In this document: positions 46,367 to 58,659 of the stretch, in pieces
Layout: the number at the start of each line of letters is the position of its first letter
Numbering within the stretch: the stretch's first letter is position 1
Made by a program: the position numbers and the translations under genes
The notes under the pieces: generated by a model
What the model saw: the letters and a program-made list of their open reading frames with translations, nothing else
What the model was told of the DNA's origin: nothing
Database searches by the model: none
Assembly (NCBI GenBank): GCA_004764695.1
Contig: SMSO01000031.1
Span: 3,014,436-3,078,435 of the forward strand
DNA: 64,000 bases
Reading direction: 5' to 3'
DNA from: Schizochytrium sp. TIO01
Taxonomy: Eukaryota > Protista > Bigyra: Labyrinthulomycetes

Positions 46367-48377
46367 TATGACAGGAATTCTGCAATCATTTATTCATGAT
46401 GAAGGTATTCTATCTTGCAGTTTTATAGTGTTCTTCTCAAACAAGCTATTTACTTCTGTTTTCCTCAGCATTTGTAATGATAATGTGTTTTCCTCCATGT
46501 ATATCAATGTCGTCCTCAAACTTGGCTGCTTTCAAAGTCGCATTTTCTATATTAAGTTGCAAAATGGCTACAACCCCCTTCTCCTCGGCTATCCTTTGCT
46601 TGTAGAATTTTAGAAACCATGTCTTCTACAAAATTAAGAGTAAGTTGTTTAATAGTAAGATTAAACAACATTCTTCTCAATAAAATATTATCATAGAACA
46701 ACTAAGCCACGATACAATAGATGTAATTGATTTCATCTGAGTGAAAGACCTGCTGCAAAACTTTCTTTTCTATTTCATATTGCTTACGGATGGAATAGTA
46801 TATTAAAATTTGATTCAATTAAACTTACCCTATCCAGGAATCATAGCATTTATAATAAAGAAAACAAAATCATGAAGCAAAAAACAACTATTACGATATA
46901 ACTTTTGCGCTATTCTTCTACATATATTTCCATGCATGGCATCTAATTCACTAGAGGATGAAAAAGATATAGATGAGCAAACCTGCCTATTTCTAATTTA
47001 TTCTCTTGTAGTTTAGAAGATAGAAGTTGGGCGAATTTCGCATTATTTCTTGTCTTTTCCTTGTCTTTTTCTTGTCTTTTTTTAAAAACATATGCGAGCT
47101 ATGTCTTACACTTGTGTATCACATATATTAATCCTAAGATGAAATTTCGATCTATGAATTTATTTAGTTTGAAAACAGATATATAGGGTCGTTTTAGTCA
47201 TAGTAGTACATGTACACCTGAGATCTTATTCTTGCATCACTTTTTATATTTTTAATTTTAGGGAAAACAGTGAATAAAAAGTAATCTTTGCATTCAGGTC
47301 ACTCGCTCCTTCTGAAATTCTGGGATACAATAAATTTAAAATAAAATCAATTATAGGCATTCTGCGCCAGACTCGAATAATTATAATTCATGACTTTCCA
47401 CTTTACTCCTTGTCAAGTTCCTGGAGGTTCAATATAGCAGAAGATTAATGTAAAACTACCTCACATCCTGGATATGACTTATGCCTAGCAATTTCAAGCC
47501 TCGGGGCAATCCAATTGCTTCGGTTCGTATTTATGCTCACAATGTAAGGTTCAGGGCAATAGACCTTCAAAACAAGCCTCTTGCACAAGTACCCATACTA
47601 GCGACCATTTATAGGACCGATTATCTCAACAAGTTCTAAGGAGCCCTATCAAAGCAATGGTTTAGTGAAGTTCCATGTGCAGCAAAGAATTGCGAAGCAA
47701 CTTTGCGATGTATAGGAAAACCTCACAAAAAGAGCATCACAAGTCTGGAGTCCATTATCCTCAAGGCTAAGAGTTGAAGTAAAGGGCAAGGAGACATGAA
47801 GTGTTAGAACAAGTAAAGAAGAATCAACACATTCTATGAAAACAAGGCAAGCAAGTGTACTCAATATCAAGGAGAAATTTAGCAATGATGCGTGTTGGGT
47901 GAGGTAAACGATCGATATGTTTGATGGGTGGCGTCTACAATAGTACTGTAGCTAAAAGAATCGTCGAGGATGATCGGATGAAGATAGAGCTTAGAATAGC
48001 AAAAGGTCTCTCCTCATTCCGTCGCGGCTTGTACCCTTCATTTGTAGGTAGGCATTCGAACTGCAATCATGTCTCGAGAGGCATGATCTAACGCATCTCA
48101 CACCACAGCAAGCAAGCGACCAGCGATACTTGTAGTTTCGAGACGCCGCAGGAAACTTGATCGGTTTGGGATTGAGTAAAAAGTCGTCTTGGTTCCCACC
48201 GTCCAGGTCGACAACTCGACCCGATTTTGGTGAAAACTTGAACGTGGATATGGATCTGGAGTGGATGTGGGAAAAGAGAATTCCAAGAATTCCAAGAAAT
48301 CGAGGGATTCGAGGATATCGAAGATGAAGCAAACAAAGTATGCAATAACGAAGAAGATCAAGTAATTGTTTCTGAAA

Positions 48378-48866
48378 TCAAAAGCGGAGCTTCTGGTAGA
48401 AGTACTTGACGCCCTCCGCGGCCTTGTTGGCCTTCCTCTGGTCCTGGGAGGTGTAGCTCTGCTCCATGACCTTCTTGAGGGCCTTCTTGACCTGGACGCG
48501 CTTGCTAGCGTCAGCCATGGTCTCGTCGTCGAGGGTGAGCTGGACGGGGGTCTTGTCCTCGGCGTCCTTGGCGGCGGGCACCTCGATCTTCTTGAGCTCG
48601 AGGTCGACCTGGTAGCGGGTGGGCATAACATGGTTGAAGTTGAGGTACTTCACGAAGGGGCGCACAGTGGAGCGAGCGGCGATCTTCTTCTGGCTCATCT
48701 TGCGGGTCACCTTCTTGGGCTGCTTCTGGAGGCCAGCCACGAGCACATGGCCAAACTTGCGGTCCTTGGAGCCATCATCGTGTGCCTTCACGATCACGGC
48801 CTTGCGTCCAGCGTACTTGCCCTGGAGCACGACGACCACCTTGCCCGGCTTAAGAAACTTGCCCAT
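48378..48866 (-). CDS. RPL27: 60S ribosomal protein L27 (eL27)
   Basis: '[27 protein letters not shown]', '[16 protein letters not shown]', C-terminal 'FYQKLRF'; strong GC3 codon bias. Confidence 0.97.
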   Translation of the reverse strand: MGKFLKPGKVVVVLQGKYAGRKAVIVKAHDDGSKDRKFGHVLVAGLQKQPKKVTRKMSQKKIAARSTVRPFVKYLNFNHVMPTRYQVDLELKKIEVPAAKDAEDKTPVQLTLDDETMADASKRVQVKKALKKVMEQSYTSQDQRKANKAAEGVKYFYQKLRF

Positions 48867-50904
48867 CTTCGCACACAAACAAAGCCCGTCGCGAACCTCT
48901 GCAACGCTGTCTGCTGCGACTGTATGTATGTCAATTGCCAAAGCAAACTGGTAAGCACCAACAGAATCGCCTAGGCGGCCTTCTACTAATTTCTACCAAT
49001 CAATTGATCTCTCTTTCTCTCTATCACTCACTCTATAGCCCTATTAAAAACAGGGAATCGCTACTTGCTAGTACTCTCTCAGTCTATCTACTTATCAATG
49101 AGGCGAATGAATGACGGAGACTAATCCAGGATATCCTAGCTCTTTATGCGCCAAATTCCTCACAGACCCACTAGCTAGCCAGTAGATAACTACTGGCCCT
49201 CAGGAGCACCAGTTAATTCCTGCACTTTCCAAACTAGTGATTCTTCACTTGCACCAAAACAAACCCTACTGTATAGATATGAAGTAAAGTGGACTTCAGA
49301 GAATAGCCTATAGTAGAGAGAAAAGAACCCATTTACCTCCGAAATGAGAACAAAATCACACAATGCACCTCCATGCCTCCGCTGTTTCCTCTAACTACCA
49401 GAGATTAAAATGTAAAAAATATATTCCCTGCATTACCATGGGTGTATATTGATATTTACTCGCTGACTGGCACTTAATCTGTCATGGAGGCGACGGAGAG
49501 CCACTCAATGGAGAGTGCTAAATGTAAAGTTAGCAACTCATAGGTAAAAGCACCAAAGGACCGCATACCCTAACCGCGATCACCGAGGAAAGCTGGCGCG
49601 CGAGCGAGCGTTATATAGGAAGAAGCTGATATGGGGGTTATCAAGGACCTGGACCTGGTATTTGGAATTACTATGCTTATATGATATTCTATTTAGCAAG
49701 TGATATCTTGCGTCTTGGCTCCAATGCCTGCTTTGAGTCTGTTTTGACTGTGAAACGAAAGCTGATGTTATCCCCTGAAGAAACTGGTTGATGAATGATA
49801 CGACCTCATAATAACTTGATGGGCTGATCATGTAGGTTCTATTGCATCTTCGCATCACTCGTATTTCCACACCAGCATCACAAGTAGAGTAGTCTAGATG
49901 GGCCATGATTGTGATGAAAGTCAGGTCAAAGCTAACTGGAAGAGAGCCTCTAAATTATTTCTAAAGCAAGCGCCAGGTAGGCGGGCAGGTGACTTGTCTA
50001 CCATTATAATAGCAAGAGTTGCAGAGGCTGGGTTTGGTTTCTCAACCGTTTTACGCATTCACAGTTAATAGATTGAAAGTCAAGCGTTTCTGGCACGCAT
50101 GATAGCAAGTAAAGAATGGAAGCATAAGATAGCATGATGCTTCAAATATCGAAATGAATGCACATTCGAATTTTCAATATCTTCTTGCAATTACTACAAT
50201 GAATAAGTGATTTATTTGCATGACTGAGAAGAGTACTTTTTGTTTTCTTTCGATTTGATTTGTGTCACAGCATGCACTTTAATCTGTCAGGAATCTTGTA
50301 AAATTTTATCTTTTACCACTTCGTTGAGGCTTCAAGTGTGTGGTTCTTCGAATGCAGTTTGTAATATGGAAATCTTGAAATTGAATATAGAATTTGAAAT
50401 CTAGGTAAAATGAAGAGGAAAACAAAAGAAGATACATTGGTTTGCATGAGTTGAAGACATTCGAATGAGAAGACAGTACATGACTATATCTCAGTGACAA
50501 CGTTGGTGTTAATCTGAAAGACAAAACCTAAATAAGTAGAAACACAAAAAGGAACGAAATACTCCTGAGATAAGGGCACAGAGTTATGCGCAGTAAGTAA
50601 TGAGGTTACAGTATCATTGTTACTTTGACCTCGTTACGATCAAGATTATTTGCAATAACCTCGTCACGCCGGTTTCTATCAATAAGAAGATAATTTTGTG
50701 AGTGAGTGGGTGAGTCGAATATCACCGTGCTCCGCATTTTCACACTTGCTGCATAAACCAAGTTTACTCAAACAATTCAAAAGAGGGCAGCACGGACGCC
50801 AACTGACAATTAATTTAAGCTTGATTTCACAGCAGTTTTCATCGCACTTAGATTAAAGATCACCCACGCAAGTTTCCTCGAATAGGTAACAGGTAATCTA
50901 AAAT

Positions 50905-51867
50905 CTATTCATACACAAAGACCTTATCTCTAGAAAAAAGCTCAATAGCAGCTTCCTGCTCCTCAAGTTGTTTCTCAAGATCATCCTTACGCTTACGCTG
51001 TGCCATAGAACTAATCGTGAGAGGAAGCTTCCGAAGATCATTATGCGTATCCTCTGCGCTCTGCTTTAGCGCAGTAAGAGTGCGAATGCGCTCCGCATCG
51101 TCCATGCGGACCATTCCAGGTGGGCATCCACTCTCAGCAAGTTCTGCACGTTGTGCTTCAGCCTGCAAGATCTCAGCCTGACGTTTAAGAAGGTATGTGG
51201 GTACACGCCCAAAATTAGCATGCTGCTTGGCTTCTGTCTTTTTCATCTGAGTGGCACGCGCAGTTTCCTTTTCACGATTGGCCTGATTACGGGCTAGCAC
51301 ATCACGAGAGTTATTCTGGATAAAGTTCTTATTGCTCCTTGGTGCAAGCTTATTAAGCTCATTTGCCTTAGGCACAGGGTCCTTGAGGCGTTCACGCGTT
51401 CGGGATGTCAATGCAGTCTCACCAGAATGGCCTGATGCGGGCCGTCCCGATGCAGGGAAAGAGGCCAAAGAAGCTCCAGCCTTGGCAGGATTACCAGAAG
51501 GTTTTGGCGGAACTCCTTCACCTTTACGAAGAAATTTATGAGTTGTACGGGGACTCGAGTCCTCCTCGCGAGGCGACTGTGCTTGATTTTCTTGAGTCAC
51601 TCGAGATTGCACATTTGCAAACTTCTTCAGCTTGAACGGAACTGGCGGTGCCTGTTGTGCAGCTGCTTCTTTCTCTTCTTTTATCCTGCGTTGGGTTTCC
51701 TTGATCATCTTTAAATTGCGACGAGCATGGTCCACTGGTTCGACTCCATTACGTCGCAACTGATCGCGATATCCACGTACAGGATTAAGGACGGCCGAGA
51801 CTTGGTCGCTCGCGTTATTTCGAGCCCTGAGGGTATTGCCCTGGGCACTCTTGGACTTGGCCAACAT
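50905..51867 (-). CDS. Enkurin-domain-containing protein (ENKD1-like)
   Basis: 'VDHARRNLKMIKETQ', 'PFKLKKFANVQSRV', 'HANFGRVPTYL', 'CPPGMVRM...ER..TL..L', 'LE.QL.E.E.AIELFSR.KVFV'; first ATG at 51867. Confidence 0.88.
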   Translation of the reverse strand: MLAKSKSAQGNTLRARNNASDQVSAVLNPVRGYRDQLRRNGVEPVDHARRNLKMIKETQRRIKEEKEAAAQQAPPVPFKLKKFANVQSRVTQENQAQSPREEDSSPRTTHKFLRKGEGVPPKPSGNPAKAGASLASFPASGRPASGHSGETALTSRTRERLKDPVPKANELNKLAPRSNKNFIQNNSRDVLARNQANREKETARATQMKKTEAKQHANFGRVPTYLLKRQAEILQAEAQRAELAESGCPPGMVRMDDAERIRTLTALKQSAEDTHNDLRKLPLTISSMAQRKRKDDLEKQLEEQEAAIELFSRDKVFVYE

Positions 51868-52713
51868 CGTTGTACACGTAGCTGCAGCGAAGTGACCTGT
51901 CTCAGGATCGCTCACAGCGCACTGCAAATTGCCCAATTCCAGATCTGTTTCTATCAGATCTTGCACCGCACTCTGAGAATGCAGCTTCGTTTAACAAGGA
52001 TCTCACAAAGCCAGCTCCTACTCCTTCAAGACGTTGTAACACTCACATTCATATGGCAAAAACCTGTCCGTGGGCAAACCGCTATGCCGTTGTCTTTAGG
52101 TGTATTGTACACAAACATAGTGTTTTTTAACCCTGCCCCCCTTAATATTATTTCATATATGAATTTCCACTTTAATGGTAATAAGTTGCTGAATGCCCCC
52201 CTACAAAACTTCATCAAGACGCAATTCCTCTGCCAAAATTGCATGGAAACTTGTAGAAAAAAGCCATAACCTGTCTTCCCTATGGCTGGGCAGTATTTTG
52301 CATTATTTTTGGAGGGGATTGCAGCATTGAGTGATAATTTTAGATAGCTTGTTATACATAGACGTGCAAAGTACCCCCCAATATTTGGCTGGCCTTGGAT
52401 CGCTGGTTCTCAGCACCAGACCACCACTGAGTCGAATTATCGCGTGGAACTCAAGGCAAGACCGCCCTTAAACTTGCAGCAGGCTCCGAGAGCGTGCTCG
52501 CAAAAACTTTTTGCTCGCGCACATATCAATTTCAACTCACCTGTTCTCGAAGCTCACGTACTGTGCAGGTTCGTGGCATCGAGGATCGCAGCTTCCTTTC
52601 TTTCCCTTGAGAAAGTAGCAAAACCTTGACTTGCGAAAGCAAACTCCAAAACTAGTTTGGACTAACAAGCACTTTTGTTCAAACCTGCAACGAAGACAAA
52701 CCTTTTAGGCACA

Positions 52714-54393
52714 ATGGCAAAGCGTTCGAAGGAAATTCAGGCCAAGGAGGAGAAGAAGAAGGCCAAGGTCGAAGAATCGAGCAGCGAGGAGTCCTCTTCG
52801 GAGTCTGAGTCTGAGTCTGACACCGACGAAGACACCAAGGTCAAGGCCACTCCCAAGCAGGCTGCCAAGAAGGAGGAGTCTGACGACTCCAGCGACGAAG
52901 ACTCTTCCAGCGACGACGATTCCGATGATGATGGCGACAAGAAGATGACTGAGTCTAAGCCCGCCGCCAAGAAGGAGGAGTCCTCCTCCGACGAGTCCTC
53001 CAGCGATGAGGACTCTGACGATGAAGACGACAAGAAGAAGAAGGCCCCTGCTTCCAAGAAGGTGGAGGCCAAGAAGGAGGAGTCCTCTGACGAAGAGTCC
53101 TCCAGCGATGATGACTCTGACGATGAGGATGACAAGAAGAAGGCCGCTCCCCAAAAGGAAGCTGCCAAGAAGGCTGAGTCCTCCGACGAAGAGTCCTCTA
53201 GCGATGAGGACTCCGACAATGAGGACGACAAGAAGAAGAAGGCCCCTGCTGCCAAGAAGGTGGAGGCCAAGAAGGAGGAGTCCTCTGACGAAGAGTCCTC
53301 CAGCGACGATGACTCCGACGACGAGGCCGCCAAGAAGGCCGCTCCCAAAAAGGAGGCCGCCAAGAAGGCCGAATCCTCCGACGAAGAGTCCTCCAGCGAT
53401 GAGGACTCTGACGATGAGGACGACAAGAAGAAGGCCCCTGCTGCCAAGAAGGAGGAGTCCTCCAGTGAGGAAGAGTCCTCCAGTGATGAGGACTCTGATG
53501 ACGAGGACGAGAAGAAGCCCGCTGCCAAGAAGGAGACTGCCAAGAAGGACGACTCTTCCAGCGACGAGGAGTCTTCTGACTCTGACTCCTCTGATGACGA
53601 GGAGGAAGTGAAGAAGCCTGCTGCCAAGAAGGAGGAGGTCTTTGAGACCCCGAAGAAGAAGACCAAGACCGAGGACTTCGCCACCCCGAAGCCCGCTAGC
53701 TCTGGTGTCGAGACCCAGCTCCAGGTTCTCGGCTTCCCGTACGAGACCACCGCTGAAGACCTTGAGCAGTTCTTCGCTGCCAAGGTGAAGCCCACCAAGG
53801 TCACCCTTAACGAGGACTGGAAGGGTACCGCCATCGTCACCTTCGGATCCCCCGAAGACGCTGAGACCGCTCTCACTCTTGATGGAGAGTACATTGGCGC
53901 TCGCTGGATCAAGGTTCGCCACTACAAGCCTCGCGCGAACGGCGGTCTTCGCAGCGGTCCTGGTGAGCGCCCCGAGGGTTGCACTTGCGTCTTTGTTGGA
54001 AACTTGAGCTTCGATGTTGACGATGACACTGTTCGCGAGGCCTTTAAGCACTGCGGTGAGATCACCCAGATCCGCTGGGGCATTGACCGCGAGACCGGTG
54101 ACTTTAAGGGCTACGGCCACGTTGAGTTCGCTGATGAGAGCGGCCCTACTGAGGCTATCAAGCTCCACGGCACACGTCTTTTGGGACGCGACATGCGTAT
54201 TGATTTTGCTAAGCCTGGTGGCAGCAAGGCTCGCGGTGGAAACGAAGGTGGAAACGGCGGAAACGGCCGTGGTGGCTTCAACAGTAACAAGAAGCGCCCT
54301 TTTGAGGGATCATCTCAGCGCAACGGTGGCTTCAACAGCAACAAGAAGCCTAAGTTCCCTGAGAGCACCGGCACTCGCATCACCTTTGACTAA
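52714..54393 (+). CDS. Nucleolin/NSR1/gar2-like protein: acidic-basic repeats plus two RRMs
   Basis: Alternating S/D/E and K/A/P blocks; RNP2 'VFVGNLSF', RNP1 'KGYGHVEF'; C-terminal 'GTRITFD'; ATG at 52714. Confidence 0.88.
   Translation: MAKRSKEIQAKEEKKKAKVEESSSEESSSESESESDTDEDTKVKATPKQAAKKEESDDSSDEDSSSDDDSDDDGDKKMTESKPAAKKEESSSDESSSDEDSDDEDDKKKKAPASKKVEAKKEESSDEESSSDDDSDDEDDKKKAAPQKEAAKKAESSDEESSSDEDSDNEDDKKKKAPAAKKVEAKKEESSDEESSSDDDSDDEAAKKAAPKKEAAKKAESSDEESSSDEDSDDEDDKKKAPAAKKEESSSEEESSSDEDSDDEDEKKPAAKKETAKKDDSSSDEESSDSDSSDDEEEVKKPAAKKEEVFETPKKKTKTEDFATPKPASSGVETQLQVLGFPYETTAEDLEQFFAAKVKPTKVTLNEDWKGTAIVTFGSPEDAETALTLDGEYIGARWIKVRHYKPRANGGLRSGPGERPEGCTCVFVGNLSFDVDDDTVREAFKHCGEITQIRWGIDRETGDFKGYGHVEFADESGPTEAIKLHGTRLLGRDMRIDFAKPGGSKARGGNEGGNGGNGRGGFNSNKKRPFEGSSQRNGGFNSNKKPKFPESTGTRITFD
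53000..53600 (+). repeat. Intragenic tandem repeat, period about 192-198 nt, about 3 copies
   Basis: 'aaggcccctgct' recurs at 53041, 53239 and 53431 with near-identical flanking sequence. Confidence 0.85.
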
Positions 54394-55046
54394 GCTCTGA
54401 TTCGTGTGTCTGAAGACTACACTTCAGCGTAAACGCATGCCCGCACATAAAACGATTCCCTACTCCTTACCTTTTTACATTTGCACAACACAACTACTCT
54501 ACCATCACTGCGAACTCTAAACTATTCGTATAAACCAAAAATACTACAAAATTCACACAGCTTTTGCACCAATCTCACTTGTGCCCATTCCTTATTTCAA
54601 GCTTATTGATGAATTAGTTGCTTTCTTGCGCACTTTCGTTCTGTGTCCTGTATCACCAATGTCTGGAGCTCTTTGCTTAAGAAAATACTTGTCGCATACA
54701 TATAAACTGTATTTTAGCTTGGAAGATTTCTTTCACGCAGAAACGCGTTCTCATCTTTCCTTCACTTGTGAGACTAAGAGTGACCTGTCTGCGCTCGTTT
54801 GCTGCATTTTCTAAATTTTCCTTTTATAAACGAAAAAGAAGTTTGCTATTGTACTTGGTGCTCAATTATAGGCTGAGCAGAGATGGATCTTAAAGTTTTG
54901 TATTGAATACAACATATACTAGATATGTTTGGAATCAGAGCATTTTATGTCTTATAAGAAAATAAATGAATGATATAGATAGATAAAACCAAAGTGGGAA
55001 GCGATCAAGCTTTCTCATAATGTATGAGGAATAGCTCGTATCAACT

Positions 55047-57119
55047 TTACGCAGCTGCAGATACAGAGCTGGATTCCTTCTCCTTGTTTGGGATCCAACG
55101 TTCCTCCAGAACACGTTTGACCTCATGAACAGCAGCCATGTCTTCAATGGTACCAGGTACACGAATTTCCTTTTCATCAGCAATCTGAAGCATCACATTA
55201 CGAAGGGTCTTACCAGAACGGGTTTTCGGCAGCATCGAGACAACGTAAGCTTGGCGAAAACTCGCAACTGCACCAATATCTTCACGTACGCGCTGAATAA
55301 GCTCCTTTTCGACCTGCTCTGGAGATTTTTTAGCTGCATCAGAGAGTACAACAAGACCGATGGGTACCTGGGTCTTCTGCGGGTCATACGGGCCGATAAC
55401 AGCGGCTTCAGCCACCGAGGGATGGCTCAACAGTGATTCTTCAATTGCACCTGCGGAAAGACGGTGACCAGCACAATTGATGACATCATCAGTACGAGCC
55501 ATGATGTGAAAGTAACCATCGTCATCACAAATTCCAGCATCACCAGTCAAGTAGTAACCCTTGTGCTTGTCATAGTAGGTTTGCTTGCAGCGTTCATCTG
55601 CATTGTGCAAGGTTGTAAATGTTCCAGGAGGCAGAGGCAGGCGGATGACAATATCACCGAGCGTATGGTTAGGCATTGGTACAGAGCGCTCCTCACATAC
55701 GATATCAAATGAAAACCCCGGCAGGGCGCGAGCAGCGCTGCCCGGACGAGCACCGATTCCTGACATCTGAAATCCAAGCGCAGGCCAGCCAAGTTCAGTT
55801 TGCCACCAATTATCAACAACATTTTTCTGCAATTGTTCCGAATAGAAGCGGACAGTTTCAGGATCACCACGCTCTCCAGCTAAAAAAACAGTCTTCAGGT
55901 TCGAAAGGTCATATTTTTTAGCAAGCTCGAGGTTGCGATCAACCTTGCGAATAGCACGCAGAGCAGTAGGGGCTGTGAAAAGCCCTCGTACATTGTAATC
56001 TTGTGCTACGCGCCAAAACACTCCTGCATCTGGAACAATGGGCTTCCCTTCGTAAAGAACGGTGCTGCAGCCATGGAGTAGAGGGCCATACACGATGAAA
56101 CTGTGTCCCACAACCCAACCAATATCACTCGCTGCCCAGTACGTGTCTTCAGCTTCTTTGCAATCCATAAAGTTGTCCATGGCCCATTTTAGGGCCGTAG
56201 CATAGCCACCGGAGTCACGCACAACACCCTTGGGGGCACCGGTAGTGCCACTTGTGTACAAAATATAGAGCGGGTCAGTAGACTTGACAGGGACGCATTT
56301 ATGAGGGTCGCTTTGCATAACATCTTCCCAGGCTTCGAATTGGCTTGTAGATTTGTTTGCAGGATCCTCAACTTCATTGCGAAACTTGGAAATCACAATT
56401 TCAGGTTTGTGCTTGGCAATGCGGAGTGCTTCTTCGACCATTGGGCTGTACGAGACAACGCGAGTGGGCTCCACACCACAGGATGCAGAAATGATCGCCT
56501 TTGGCGTGGCATCATTTATGCGCGCAGCGAGTTCTTTTGGCGCAAATCCACCAAACACCACGCTATGTACAGCACCAAGTCGAGCACAGGCAAGCATGGC
56601 GATGACGGCTTCAGGAATCATGGGCATGTAAATCACAACACGGTCGCCTTTAGTGACTCCACGAGCTGCAAGACCACCGGCCATGCGAGACACTTGCTCT
56701 TGGAGATCAGCAAACGTAATTGTCTTTTTCACACCGGTTGCTGTGGAGTCGTAGTGAATAGCAGCTCGGGATCCATGTCCCGCATCTACCCAGCGATCCA
56801 CTGCATTGTGGCAAATATTGAGTTCCCCTCCCACAAACCAGCGTGAGAATGGTGCTTTAGATTCATCGAGGACCTTATCCCAGGGCCGATCCCATTCGAG
56901 GGCGCTAGCGGCCTCGTGCCAAAAGTCCTCTCTGGATTCAGGGTGCAAGCTCTTCTCCACAAGGTAATCATATGAGTCTCGACTCAAGTGATACTCGCGA
57001 ACAAAATTCGTCGAGGCGCCAGCGGCCGTTGTGCGTTTGGCAATCGCAGTTGCCTCGTGCGAATGTCGCTTGGTCGCTTCACGCGCATACCTGATGAGGG
57101 CTGCGCGAGATCCCAACAT
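55047..57119 (-). CDS. ACSS3: Acyl-CoA synthetase short-chain family member 3 / propionyl-CoA synthetase, mitochondrial
   Basis: 'YILYTSGTTGAPKGVVRDSGG', 'YWAASDIGWVVGHSFIVYGPL', 'DNWWQTE', 'RTDDVINCAGHRLS', 'PKTRSGK'; Arg-rich presequence. Confidence 0.92.
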   Translation of the reverse strand: MLGSRAALIRYAREATKRHSHEATAIAKRTTAAGASTNFVREYHLSRDSYDYLVEKSLHPESREDFWHEAASALEWDRPWDKVLDESKAPFSRWFVGGELNICHNAVDRWVDAGHGSRAAIHYDSTATGVKKTITFADLQEQVSRMAGGLAARGVTKGDRVVIYMPMIPEAVIAMLACARLGAVHSVVFGGFAPKELAARINDATPKAIISASCGVEPTRVVSYSPMVEEALRIAKHKPEIVISKFRNEVEDPANKSTSQFEAWEDVMQSDPHKCVPVKSTDPLYILYTSGTTGAPKGVVRDSGGYATALKWAMDNFMDCKEAEDTYWAASDIGWVVGHSFIVYGPLLHGCSTVLYEGKPIVPDAGVFWRVAQDYNVRGLFTAPTALRAIRKVDRNLELAKKYDLSNLKTVFLAGERGDPETVRFYSEQLQKNVVDNWWQTELGWPALGFQMSGIGARPGSAARALPGFSFDIVCEERSVPMPNHTLGDIVIRLPLPPGTFTTLHNADERCKQTYYDKHKGYYLTGDAGICDDDGYFHIMARTDDVINCAGHRLSAGAIEESLLSHPSVAEAAVIGPYDPQKTQVPIGLVVLSDAAKKSPEQVEKELIQRVREDIGAVASFRQAYVVSMLPKTRSGKTLRNVMLQIADEKEIRVPGTIEDMAAVHEVKRVLEERWIPNKEKESSSVSAAA

Positions 57120-58310
57120 GGTGTTAGGAACTCACTTACCAAACTTCGAGGCAATCCTTCAAGGTTCACTTGTCGATCCCAATTCGCAAATGCGCTTTTC
57201 GCACGAGCTGGCCTTGCGGACTCTCTTCTTCCACGCTCCGAGCTCCGCGAATTCCGTGTCTGCGGGTCCGCCAGGCGCTTCCGCCACGTACGTATGCCTT
57301 TTGCAAGTTCAGGTACTGCCAATGCCTCAGTCAGAAGCGCTTCCGATAGCAGAACTACTACGGCGTATGTACTCAGTCCCTACTATCCCACAAAGGGCGG
57401 TCTGCAGTTCGGAGTTTGCTCGCTCGAGCCAAACCTCGCGTTTAGATCGCCTCGCCGAGTTGGACGAAATGGGATATGCTGCCCTCCGGAAACTCTGTAC
57501 TTTCGTTTGTAATCATCCCGAACGAAGTCCACTTGGATGAATGGGGATCTCTTGTCAGATGTCAACTAAAGAACTCCAACTTGGAACGCGGAATAAGATT
57601 AATAATTATCTTTTTCATTCTTTTCCAACTTCTTTCTTCTCTATAAATAAATATATGAACAGTCCAAGTTTAACCCGCCTATGCACTTCTACCTACCTGC
57701 TAATATCTAACTTATTTGTTGATTTCTTCGGACCAAGTTTCTCTTCAGCACATTCCGTCTTCAGTACGTAGAGCGTGCGTGCGAGGGAGCGAGCGAGAAC
57801 GGCGTTTTCCAGCCTCAGTCTGTATCAGTCTATGCCAAGGTTTCGAGGTTTTGATAATCTTTCAAGGCTGACTCGAAATAAAACGAGCTAACTTTCCTCG
57901 AAACCTTGAAAATCTCTCAAGATCAACAGTGTGCCACATCAAAACTCTAAAACAGCCCCTTCTCCTTCTCTTTGCAAGACAAGTAGAGGATCAGGAGAAC
58001 GCGGTATCTATCGATCGTGGAAGTGAAATCGTTCAGTTTTCAACGCTACGTACGTACGTACGTACGTCTCTGAAGTACCTTTCTCTTCGAGGCCAAACCC
58101 ACCGAAAGGTGCTTCTCCTTAGCAGCCCATTGTCCTCCAAGTATTTTATTTTGTTCTATTTTTGTTAAATAAATAAATAAAAAATAGATTTTAAAAAACA
58201 GGTATCATTGCTGAGGGGACGAATTTTGGATCTGGGCAGTGCGCGAGCAGGCGTATCTTTGGCCCATTCTTTTCTCCCTTAGTCCCTTACTTACTAACTT
58301 ACTACCTTTT

Positions 58311-58311
58311 T

Positions 58312-58343
<32 letters not shown>

Positions 58344-58659
58344 TCCGGGCCTTATTTCGCGACTCTCTGCGCAGTAGGACCCGTTTTAGATCTCCATAAG
58401 CGGGTCCTTGCCTCGCCACGCTGACCTCAAAGGCGGCCTGGGACGGTCTCCAGGTCGCTTTGGTAAAGAAAGGCGCAGCCTGGTCTTCAAACTAAGTTTC
58501 ACTCACTCCTTCGCAAAAAGTTCATTTCCATCATCGTATGAACAAGCAGGCACCTATCCTCTGCTATCACAAACGTTAGAAGTGGACAGATTGAAGAAAG
58601 AAAGAAAGAAAGAAAGAAAGAAGAGAAAAGAAAAGAAAAGAAAAGAAAAGAAAAGAAAG
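58311..58659. repeat. (TTTC)n tract at about 58311-58344 and (GAAA)n/(GAAAA)n tract at about 58593-58659
   Basis: Directly visible. Confidence 0.9.

Noticed and set aside
49261-49268. AAACCCTA telo-box upstream of RPL27, also at 968-975 reversed
   Set aside because: Short 8-mer, a plant-defined element, not seen at the nucleolin-like gene; chance cannot be excluded
52705-54168. Long antisense ORFs (487 and 391 aa) over the nucleolin-like gene
   Set aside because: Shadow frames caused by GC3-biased repetitive codons; no protein-like content
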